A stretch of DNA of 64,000 bases from an uncultured Chloroflexia bacterium (lineage in GTDB: Bacteria > Chloroflexota > Chloroflexia > Thermomicrobiales > JALYUS01): the NCBI GenBank assembly GCA_963847195.1, contig CAWJZC010000014.1, positions 6,133-70,132 on the forward strand. Direction: 5' to 3'. Numbering within the stretch: the first letter of the stretch is position 1; every line of letters starts with the position of its first letter. This document shows positions 47,894 through 55,275 of the stretch, piece after piece. A model generated the notes under the pieces. That model saw nothing but the letters and a program-made list of their open reading frames with translations. It was not told where the DNA came from and did no database searches. Position numbers and translations under genes: made by a program.

Positions 47894-48850
47894 TCAATCA
47901 GGCGCAGGGCGGGGACAAGCGTGCGAGAGAGGGGACAAGCGTGCGAGAGAGGGGCTGACACCCCACTCGGCCCAACCGCCGTCGTAGAGCTTGACATGAA
48001 CGTAGCCGAGCGCCTTGAGCGCGAAGAAGGGGAGCGCGGCATCGTTGCTGAAAGTGCCGTACACATCAATCGTGCGGTCCGGCGTCGCGCCGATGCCGCC
48101 GAGCATCGCGCGGAGATCGTCCGGCGAGCGGAACGCCGGCGCCTTCGGCTCGCGGATGAACGATGTCCACGGTAGGTGGCGCGCATTCGGGATGCTGCCG
48201 ATTTGGGTAGTGTTGTCCCATGTTTGCGTCATTTCCGCGTCGGTGCGCACATCCAGGATGACGGATTGCGGATCGTTGACCGCCTTCGACATATCGCAGC
48301 GGTTGATCAGCAGCGACTCGTCGGGGAGATCGCGGTAAAAGGCGCGCGGCGCGGTGTGCGTCTTCGTTTCGATCGTGTATCCGCCCGCTGCCCAGCCCGC
48401 GAGGCCGCCGTTGAGGATGCGGACATTCGGGTGGCCGGCGTACCAGAGCGCCCAGGCGAAGCGCGCCGCCGCCCGGTTGTCGTTGCGGTCATAGACGATC
48501 ACCAGCGTCTTTTGATCGATACCGAGATTGCCGAAGACCTTCTCCCGGTCGGGCTTCCCGGCGAGTCGCCCGTAGGTGTCCGCATGTTGCTCGATGAGGT
48601 CTTCCCAATAGGCATGGACCGCGCCCGGCACATGGCCGAGGAGATACTGTGGGTGGTCCGAGAGATCGACGATGCGGATGTCCGGCGCATTGAGATGATC
48701 CGCGACCCACGACGGCTCGAGAAGCGCGATATCGAGCGGCCATGTATAGGTCGGTAGCAGCGCCGCAGTCCCCGCCGTGGATGGCGCCACCGCAGTCGTA
48801 CATGAGGAGAGGAGCGTAGCGATGAGAAGGAGGAACCCTAACCCCCCAAT
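47894..48850 (-). CDS. Two-domain rhodanese (thiosulfate/3-mercaptopyruvate sulfurtransferase-like) lipoprotein; start uncertain
   Basis: Lipobox LLLIATLLSSC, then IRIVDLSDHPQYLLGHVPGAVH..VIVYDRNDNRAAARFAWALWYAGH..VILDVRTDAEM..GSIPNARHLPW..YDGGWAEW. No standard start codon is in frame near the signal peptide. The longer ORF to the ATG at 48997 translates REP repeats. Confidence 0.8.
   Translation of the reverse strand: MGGLGFLLLIATLLSSCTTAVAPSTAGTAALLPTYTWPLDIALLEPSWVADHLNAPDIRIVDLSDHPQYLLGHVPGAVHAYWEDLIEQHADTYGRLAGKPDREKVFGNLGIDQKTLVIVYDRNDNRAAARFAWALWYAGHPNVRILNGGLAGWAAGGYTIETKTHTAPRAFYRDLPDESLLINRCDMSKAVNDPQSVILDVRTDAEMTQTWDNTTQIGSIPNARHLPWTSFIREPKAPAFRSPDDLRAMLGGIGATPDRTIDVYGTFSNDAALPFFALKALGYVHVKLYDGGWAEWGVSPSLARLSPLSHACPRPAPD
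47911..47955. repeat. Tandem direct repeat, 20 bp x 2.2, inside the 3' end of the rhodanese gene
   Basis: GGGGACAAGCGTGCGAGAGA occurs at 47911..47930 and again at 47931..47950, followed by GGGGC. Confidence 0.9.
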
Positions 48851-48989
48851 TCCCTTCCTTGGTGGGGAAGGGGAAGCCGTAGGGGCGCACGGCTGTGCGC
48901 CCCCTTGACGATGGCAGGCATTCGCGAGCAAGCCACGGCACTTCCGGCGAGTCACCCCCTCCCTTCGAGGGAGGCGGCCGGGGAGTAGG
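48836..48989. repeat. Cluster of three GC-rich REP-like hairpins
   Basis: An inverted-orientation copy CCTAACCCCCCAATTCCCTTCCTTGGTGGGGAAGGGGAAGCC (48836..48877), then AGGGGCGCAC-GGCT-GTGCGCCCCT (about 48880..48903), then a forward copy CACCCCCTCCCTTCGAGGGAGGCGGCCGGGGAGTAGG (48953..48989). Confidence 0.7.
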
Positions 48990-49102
48990 TATCTCATAGC
49001 CGGAGCGTAGCACAACTGACCCGATTGCGGTACGATGCCGCGCGGGATACCGGCCTGGCGGGGACGCCGCCATCGCACCGAGCGGAGAGGAACCACGTCC
49101 GT

Positions 49103-50644
49103 ATGACTACCACGACACTGCCCCGACCGGAAACGAGCGAGGGAGACGCGCCGCCGCCGTTGGAGTCGGTTCTGTTCACGCTCGGCTCGCCGGGGCGCCG
49201 CGCCGTCCGCTTCCCCGCGCTCGATGTGCCAGAGGCGCCGCTGCCGACCGAGTATTTGCGCGAGAACGACCCGAACGACACACTCGCCTGGCCCGAACTC
49301 TCCGAACTGGAGGTCGTGCGCCATTTCGTCCATCTCTCGCAATTGAATATGGCAATCGACGTCAACTTCTACCCGCTCGGCTCGTGCACGATGAAGTACA
49401 ACCCGAAAGTGAACGAGGTCGTCGCCGCCATGCCGGGCTTCGCGGCGATTCATCCCTACCAGCCGGAAGAATCGGTCCAGGGCGCGCTCAAAATCATGTA
49501 CGACATGCAGGAGTATCTGGCCGAGATTTCCGGTTTCGACGCCGTGACGCTCTGCCCGGCGGCGGGCGCGCACGGCGAGTTGACCGGCATCCTGCTCATC
49601 CGGGCGTACCACGAGAGCCGGGGCGAGGGCGCGCGGCGGCGCGTCGTGCTCGTGCCGGATAGCGCGCACGGCACGAACCCCGCGACAGCGGCGATGAGCG
49701 GCTACAAGGTCGTCACCGTGAAGTCGGACGCGCGCGGCAATGTCGATGTCGAGGCGCTACGGGGCCTCGTCGGGCCGGACACCGCCGCGCTGATGATTAC
49801 CAACCCGAACACGCTCGGCCTCTTCGACGAGCACGCGCGGGAGATCGTCGAGATCGTCCACGGCGTCGGCGGCCTCGTCTATAACGACGGCGCGAACTTC
49901 AACGCCATCCTCGGCATCGTGCGGCCCGGCGATATCGGCTTCGATGTGATGCACTACAACCTGCACAAGACCTTCTCGTCTCCGCACGGCGGCGGCGGGC
50001 CGGGCGCGGGGCCGGTGGGGGTGAAGCATGAATTGATCCCCTTCCTGCCCGCGCCGTACATCGTCAAGGAAGGCGAGGCGTACCGTCTGACGACGCCGGA
50101 GCGCTCGATCGGCAAGTTGCACGGCTTCCACGGTAACTGGGGTGTCATCCTGCGCGCCTATACCTATATCCGCTCGAACGGCGGCGAGGGGCTACGCACG
50201 ATCTCCGAGACGGCGATCCTCAACGCGAACTACCTGCTCTCGCAGGTGCGGGAGAACTACGATCTCGCCTACGACCGCTCCTGCATGCACGAGTTCGTGC
50301 TCACCGACCAGAAGCAGCGGCCCGCCGTGCGCACGCTCGACATCGCCAAGCGGATCATCGACTACGGCTTCCATCCGATGACGGTCTACTTCCCCCTGAT
50401 CGTCGAGGGCGCGATGCTCGTCGAGCCGACCGAGACGGAGACGAAGCAGACGCTCGATGCTTTCGCCGCCGCGATGAACGCCATCGCCCGCGAGGCCGCC
50501 GAGAACCCGGACCTGGTCACGAGCGCGCCGCACAACGCGCCGATCACGCGCCTCGACGAGGCGACCGCCGCCCGCAAGCCGAATCTGCGCTGGTTGCCTG
50601 CCGCAACCGCGCCGGAGACCGGATCGCCCATCGCGGCGCGGTAA
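49103..50644 (+). CDS. gcvPB: Glycine dehydrogenase (aminomethyl-transferring) subunit 2
   Basis: [82 protein letters not shown] precedes the ATG. Confidence 0.92.
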   Translation: MTTTTLPRPETSEGDAPPPLESVLFTLGSPGRRAVRFPALDVPEAPLPTEYLRENDPNDTLAWPELSELEVVRHFVHLSQLNMAIDVNFYPLGSCTMKYNPKVNEVVAAMPGFAAIHPYQPEESVQGALKIMYDMQEYLAEISGFDAVTLCPAAGAHGELTGILLIRAYHESRGEGARRRVVLVPDSAHGTNPATAAMSGYKVVTVKSDARGNVDVEALRGLVGPDTAALMITNPNTLGLFDEHAREIVEIVHGVGGLVYNDGANFNAILGIVRPGDIGFDVMHYNLHKTFSSPHGGGGPGAGPVGVKHELIPFLPAPYIVKEGEAYRLTTPERSIGKLHGFHGNWGVILRAYTYIRSNGGEGLRTISETAILNANYLLSQVRENYDLAYDRSCMHEFVLTDQKQRPAVRTLDIAKRIIDYGFHPMTVYFPLIVEGAMLVEPTETETKQTLDAFAAAMNAIAREAAENPDLVTSAPHNAPITRLDEATAARKPNLRWLPAATAPETGSPIAAR

Positions 50645-50711
50645 GGACGATTGATGGAGCGGGCCGGGATCTCGCTCCAATGACGTGCTGGCTTGGAGGC
50701 TCGGATGATTG

Positions 50712-51093
50712 ATGTCTGATCCCTCCATGCCGCGACAAAGAGTCGGTGATTTCGCTCGATCTCTGTCGATTCCTCCTGCGAAGGTCACTGGCTATCTGCT
50801 CGAAATTGGACCATGCTCGCGGAGCGTCGAAGGCCCGGTTCTTCATCGCTTTCGGCTTTCGGCCTGAGCATCCAGAGCCGCTCTTCGGCGCCTTGCTCGA
50901 ACATGGGCATATGAATTATATCGTGACAATCGCATCCGACGCTGGAGTGACCGTGTACACTGTGGAGGGTGAGATTGTATCGCCGGACGGGCGGAACCCA
51001 CGCATCCGTACAGTATGGCAGATCGATGCTGGCAGCGATGTTGCGCGCCTCATCACCGCCGTACCGCTCCGGCGAAGGAGGATGAGCGAATGA
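50712..51093 (+). CDS. DUF6883-like protein (one frame break near 50800)
   Basis: ..IPPAKVTGYLL, then in another frame KLDHARGASKARFFIAFGFRPEHPEPLFGALLEH..VYTVEGEIVSPDGRNPRIRTVWQIDAGSDVARLITAVPL. The family call is from memory. Confidence 0.65.
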
Positions 51094-51341
51094 TTCATGA
51101 GTTCGATATGGTCACGTTGAATACTCCTATCCCGGAGCGGCACCTCTCCGCAGGGCTTGAGGGCACGGTCGTCGATGCCGTTCATTCCGATGACGGATGG
51201 GTCACCGTGGAGTTCTTTCAGGGGGATGAGACCGTTGCGGTTCTTCCGATAGCAATCGAGAAGCTGCGCCTGGGCAGGAAAGCCAAGCCGGAGGAATCTG
51301 GGGATCGACCGCGACAGGTAAAGGAACCTCTGCGGAAATAG
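51090..51341 (+). CDS. DUF4926-like protein
   Basis: MIHEFDMVTLNTPIPERHLSAGLEGTVVDAVHSDDGWVTVEFFQGDETVAVLPIAIEKL. The ATG overlaps the upstream stop (ATGA). Confidence 0.75.
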   Translation: MIHEFDMVTLNTPIPERHLSAGLEGTVVDAVHSDDGWVTVEFFQGDETVAVLPIAIEKLRLGRKAKPEESGDRPRQVKEPLRK

Positions 51342-51447
51342 GTGGCGGTCGGCGATTTTCATGCTCCGCTATAACCCATAGGATCGTCGCCCTCATAGAG
51401 TTCGATACCCCGCAAATCTTTCACTACAAGGGAATGAGGTGATCGCC

Positions 51448-53757
51448 ATGGTCCACAGCCGGCAGATCGGTGCGCGCGTCAAGCGGAAGGAAGATCCTCG
51501 CCTCGTCACCGGCAGTTCGACCTACGTGGACGATCTGCGGCCCCCGCGTACCGTGCAGATGGCGATCCTCCGCAGCGTCTATGCCCACGCGCGGATCGAG
51601 CGCGTCGATCTTGCCGCCGCGCTGGCGCATCCGGGCGTGATCGCGGCGTACAGCGGCGAGCAGTTCCGTGCCCTATGCGGGCCGCTGCCGGGGCGGGAGG
51701 GCGAAGCAATCCCCGGCATGAGCGGCTTCACCCCGCCGACTGTCTGGCCGATGGCGGCGGATCGGGTCCGTTTTGTCGGTGAGCCGGTGGCGGTGGTCGT
51801 CGCGGCGGATCGCTACATCGCGCGCGATGCGCTTGACCTGATTGACGTGATCTACAACCCGTTCCCCGCCGTGGCCGACACCGATGCCGCGCGCGCGCCA
51901 AACGCGCCACAACTCTATGACGAGGCGCCGGGCAATGTCGCCTTCACCTGGCGGCACGCGCAGGGCGACGCGGCGGCAGCCTTCGCGTCGGCTGACGTGG
52001 TGGTGGAGCAGCGCATGGTTAATCAGCGCATCGCGGCGGCGCCGATGGAGGGGCGAGCAATCCTCGCCCAACCCGATCCGCTCAATGGTGGGCTGATCGT
52101 CACGACCTCGACGCAGAATCCCCACGGCGTGCGCAAGCAACTGGCGCAGTTGACCGGCCTGCCGGAGACGCTGGTTCGTGTGATCGCGCCGGAGGTCGGT
52201 GGCGGTTTCGGCGTCAAATCCGGCGTCTACCCGGAGGACGCGATCGTCGCGACCCTCGCGCTGCACCTGCGGCGTCCCGTCAAATGGATCGAATCGCGCG
52301 CCGAAAGCCTCTCGACCACACAGCACGGCCGGGGGCAGGTGGCGGACGTCGCGATCGCGGCGCGTGCGGACGGCGAAATCACCGCGCTGCGCCTGCGGGT
52401 GATCGCGGACCTCGGCGGCTTCCCGCGCGGCCTGTTCGTGCCGATCCTCACCGGGCGGATGATGAACGGTGTCTACCGCTACCAGACCATCGATCTGGAG
52501 ATCACCGGCGTCTACACGAACACGATGGCGACGGGGGCCTATCGCGGTGCGGGGCGACCCGAGGCGGCGTACTACGTCGAACGCATCGTCGATCTGCTCG
52601 CGCGCGAACTCGGCATGACGCCGATCGAGGTGCGCCGGCGCAACTTCATCCCGCCCGATGCCTTCCCCTATCGCACAGCCACGGGGCTGACGTATGACAG
52701 CGGCGATTACGAGAAGGCCCTGGCCCGCGTGCTGGAATTCGCCGATTACGACGCCCTCCGGGAGGAGCAAGCACGCCTGCGCGCGGAGGGGCGATACCTC
52801 GGCATCGGCCTCGTGACGGCGACGGAGATCAGCGGCGGCGGGCCGTTCGAGAGCGCCGGCGTGCGCGTCGAGCCGAGCGGCGCGATTACCGTCTCCACCG
52901 GCATCTCGCCGCACGGACAGGGCGAGGAGACGACCTTCGCGCAGATCGTCGCGGACGAATTGGGCGTGGCGATGTCGGAGATCATCGTTGTGCACGGCGA
53001 TACGGCGCGGACGCCGCCCGGCATCGGCACCTTTGGCTCGCGCGGTCTGGTGGTCGGCGGCTCGGCGCTCGTCCGCGCCCTCGAACCGATCACGGAGAAG
53101 GCCCGTCGGATCGCGGGCCATCTGCTCGAAGCCGCGCCGGAGGATATCGAGATGCGCGACGGGCGATTCGGCGTGACGGGCGCCGCCGACCGCTCCGTCA
53201 CATTGAAGGAGATCGCGGCTGCGGCCTACGGGCAGCGGCTGCCGCCGGATATCACCTCCGGCCTCGAATCGGTCGAATTCTTCCGGCCCGAAATGTCCGC
53301 CTTCCCGTTCAGCGCGGATATCTGCGTCGTCGAGGTGGACGCCGAGACGGGTGTGGTCACGCTCCGCGATTACTTCGCCGTCGATGATTGCGGTCGGGTG
53401 ATCAGCCCCCTGCTTGTTGAGGGCCAGTTGCACGGTGGCCTGGCGCAGGGGATCGCGCAGGCGCTCTGGGAGGAGGTCGTCTACGACGCGGGCGGCCAGT
53501 TGGTCTCCGGGTCGCTGATGGACTATGCGGTGCCGACGGCGCGTGCCTTCCCGCAGTTCGCGACGGCACAGACAGAGACGCCGACGACGTTCAACCCGCT
53601 CGGCGCGAAGGGGATCGGCGAACTGGCGACCGTCAGCGCGCCGCCCGCCATCGTCAACGCCGTGCTGGACGCGCTCGCGCCGTTCGGCATCCGGCATCTC
53701 GACATGCCCTTGCACGCCGAGCGCATCTGGCAGGCGATTCAGAAGGCGCGGCGATAG
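51448..53757 (+). CDS. Xanthine dehydrogenase-family molybdopterin-binding large subunit (form II CoxL-like)
   Basis: IGARVKRKEDPRLVTGSSTYVDD.., NQRIAAAPMEGRA.., EVGGGFGVK.., MATGAYRGAGRPEAAYYVER.., GIGTFGSRG.., GAKGIGE. No medium (FAD) or small (2Fe-2S) subunit gene is adjacent. Confidence 0.9.
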   Translation: MVHSRQIGARVKRKEDPRLVTGSSTYVDDLRPPRTVQMAILRSVYAHARIERVDLAAALAHPGVIAAYSGEQFRALCGPLPGREGEAIPGMSGFTPPTVWPMAADRVRFVGEPVAVVVAADRYIARDALDLIDVIYNPFPAVADTDAARAPNAPQLYDEAPGNVAFTWRHAQGDAAAAFASADVVVEQRMVNQRIAAAPMEGRAILAQPDPLNGGLIVTTSTQNPHGVRKQLAQLTGLPETLVRVIAPEVGGGFGVKSGVYPEDAIVATLALHLRRPVKWIESRAESLSTTQHGRGQVADVAIAARADGEITALRLRVIADLGGFPRGLFVPILTGRMMNGVYRYQTIDLEITGVYTNTMATGAYRGAGRPEAAYYVERIVDLLARELGMTPIEVRRRNFIPPDAFPYRTATGLTYDSGDYEKALARVLEFADYDALREEQARLRAEGRYLGIGLVTATEISGGGPFESAGVRVEPSGAITVSTGISPHGQGEETTFAQIVADELGVAMSEIIVVHGDTARTPPGIGTFGSRGLVVGGSALVRALEPITEKARRIAGHLLEAAPEDIEMRDGRFGVTGAADRSVTLKEIAAAAYGQRLPPDITSGLESVEFFRPEMSAFPFSADICVVEVDAETGVVTLRDYFAVDDCGRVISPLLVEGQLHGGLAQGIAQALWEEVVYDAGGQLVSGSLMDYAVPTARAFPQFATAQTETPTTFNPLGAKGIGELATVSAPPAIVNAVLDALAPFGIRHLDMPLHAERIWQAIQKARR

Positions 53758-53776
53758 GAGTGAACGCAAGAACCCG

Positions 53777-53812
53777 GTGGTAGCGCAGGCAGAAGCCTGC
53801 GCTACCACTTTT
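53777..53812 (+). terminator. Canonical intrinsic terminator after the CoxL-like gene
   Basis: GTGGTAGCGCAGGC-AGAA-GCCTGCGCTACCAC followed by TTTT. Confidence 0.75.
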
Positions 53813-53918
53813 GCAGACATGCCGTCATACCGGGAATAATCGCAGGGCTCGGCCTGTTTGAGACTATGTATCGCGAACAGGCTCCAATGGTCTGGGTCGT
53901 GAGAAGCGATTTCGGGCG

Positions 53919-53947
53919 TTGACATGCCGGGCGCGATGGCGTACGAT
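53919..53947 (+). promoter_or_regulatory. Promoter candidate TTGACA-N17-TACGAT for rplU-rpmA(-rpmE)
   Basis: TTGACA at 53919..53924, a 17-nt spacer, then TACGAT at 53942..53947. The 86-nt leader contains the hairpin GCCGCCGGATTCGGCGGC. Confidence 0.6.
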
Positions 53948-54033
53948 GCTTCCTTGCGCCGCCGGATTCGGCGGCTTGCGTACGCGAAATGACCGGGCGG
54001 GGCTTACCGCTCGCAGAGTGACGGAGGGCATCG

Positions 54034-54354
54034 GTGGCGGACCACTACGCGGTGATCGAGACGGGCGGCAAGCAGTACCGCGTGGCCGTCGGGCAGGCTC
54101 TTGAGATCGAGAAGCTCGACGGGGCCGTGGGGGACGAAGTGACGCTCGGGCGCGTCCTGCTCGTTGCGGGCGAGGGCAGCACCACGATCGGCACGCCGGT
54201 CGTCGCGGGCGCCGCCGTCAAGGCGACCATCGATGCCCAGCATAAGGCGGACAAGGTGATCGTCTTCAAGATGAAAGCGAAGAAGCGCTATCGCCGCCTG
54301 AAGGGGCACCGCCAGCCGCTCACTCGCGTCACCGTCACGGATATCGTCGTCTGA
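54034..54354 (+). CDS. rplU: 50S ribosomal protein L21
   Basis: YAVIETGGKQYRVAVGQALEIEKL..KVIVFKMKAKKRYRRLKGHRQPLTRVTVTDI. GTG start after GGAGGG. Confidence 0.95.
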   Translation: MADHYAVIETGGKQYRVAVGQALEIEKLDGAVGDEVTLGRVLLVAGEGSTTIGTPVVAGAAVKATIDAQHKADKVIVFKMKAKKRYRRLKGHRQPLTRVTVTDIVV

Positions 54355-54421
54355 GTAGACAGTAGTCGGTACTCAGTAATCAGAGCCGACGAACCACTGT
54401 CTACCGTCTACTGTCTACTGG
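54355..54421. repeat. Heptad-stutter hairpin (AGTAGAC units) between rplU and rpmA
   Basis: GTAGACAGTAGTCGGTACTCAGTAATCAG (54355..54383) pairs with CACTGTCTACCGTCTACTGTCTACTGG (54395..54421). It starts directly after the rplU TGA. Confidence 0.75.
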
Positions 54422-54429
54422 AGGAAGCA

Positions 54430-54726
54430 ATGGCACACAAAAAAGGCGTCGGCTCATCCCGGAACGGGCGCGACAGCAAGCCGAAGATGCTCGGTGTCAA
54501 GCGGTACGACGGCCAGATCGTCCATGACGGCGAGATCCTCGTCCGCCAGCGCGGCACGCGCATCATGCCGGGCAACAATGTCGGCGTCGGGCGCGATCAT
54601 ACACTCTTCGCGCTGATCCCCGGCTCCGTCAAGTACGAGCATGTCGGGCGGTACAAGAAGCAGGTCAGCATCTACCCGGTCGCGACGGGTGCTGCGCTCG
54701 AAGAAACCCAGGTCGCGGCAGGATAG
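54430..54726 (+). CDS. rpmA: 50S ribosomal protein L27
   Basis: [58 protein letters not shown]. Confidence 0.95.
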   Translation: MAHKKGVGSSRNGRDSKPKMLGVKRYDGQIVHDGEILVRQRGTRIMPGNNVGVGRDHTLFALIPGSVKYEHVGRYKKQVSIYPVATGAALEETQVAAG

Positions 54727-54774
54727 CAAACAAGGACTGAGAACTCAGCGCTCGGCCCTGAAAGAGGAACTCGA

Positions 54775-55119
54775 ATGAAGCCAGGAATTCACCCCACCTA
54801 TGTCGAATCCGTTGTGACGTGCTCGTGCGGCAATAGCTGGACGACGCGCTCGACGAAGCCCGCGCTCCGCACCGACTTGTGCTCCCAGTGCCACCCCTTC
54901 TTCACGGGCGAGCAGCGCATCGTGGACACCGCCGGTCAGGTGGAGCGGTTCATGAATAAGCTGAACAGCGCGCAAGAGGGCGGCGTGGTCAGTAAGAAGC
55001 AGGTTCGCCGCGATCAGAAGTTGGCGGAGACGCAGCGCGCGCGCACATTCACACCCGAGTTGGAGGCGCTCGCGCAGGTCGTCGACGCACCCGCCGAGGC
55101 GGCGACGCCGTCGGCATAA
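54775..55119 (+). CDS. rpmE: 50S ribosomal protein L31 (Cys-containing type) with a roughly 45-aa C-terminal extension
   Basis: MKPGIHPTYVESVVTCSCGNSWTTRSTKP..LCSQCHPFFTGEQRIVDTAGQVERFMNK, then an extra tail ..QEGGVVSKKQVRRDQKLAETQRARTFTPELEALAQVVDAPAEAATPSA. Confidence 0.93.
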   Translation: MKPGIHPTYVESVVTCSCGNSWTTRSTKPALRTDLCSQCHPFFTGEQRIVDTAGQVERFMNKLNSAQEGGVVSKKQVRRDQKLAETQRARTFTPELEALAQVVDAPAEAATPSA

Positions 55120-55275
55120 CAGCGATCCTAGCGCGGTTGGGCCGATGACAATATTGCATGCCCGCGCCGCGTAACGAAACCGCATACTGTTCGTTATATC
55201 GGTCAGAGTGTTCGAGGTTCCCTCGACACCCTGGCCGTTCCTCCGTTCTAGACCCAAAGAAAGTGTGCGATTTTC

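Noticed and set aside
48990-49102. Glycine riboswitch upstream of gcvPB
   Set aside because: GGAGAGG here is the SD. I could not find the GGAGAG..CACCG..GGACAG-type aptamer elements in the right order. An Infernal scan is needed to be sure.
48851-49669. Upstream extension of the rhodanese ORF (the listed ORF runs to 49669; an ATG lies at 48997)
   Set aside because: The extension translates the REP hairpins and is antisense to gcvPB. The recognisable protein starts at the lipoprotein signal peptide near 48850.
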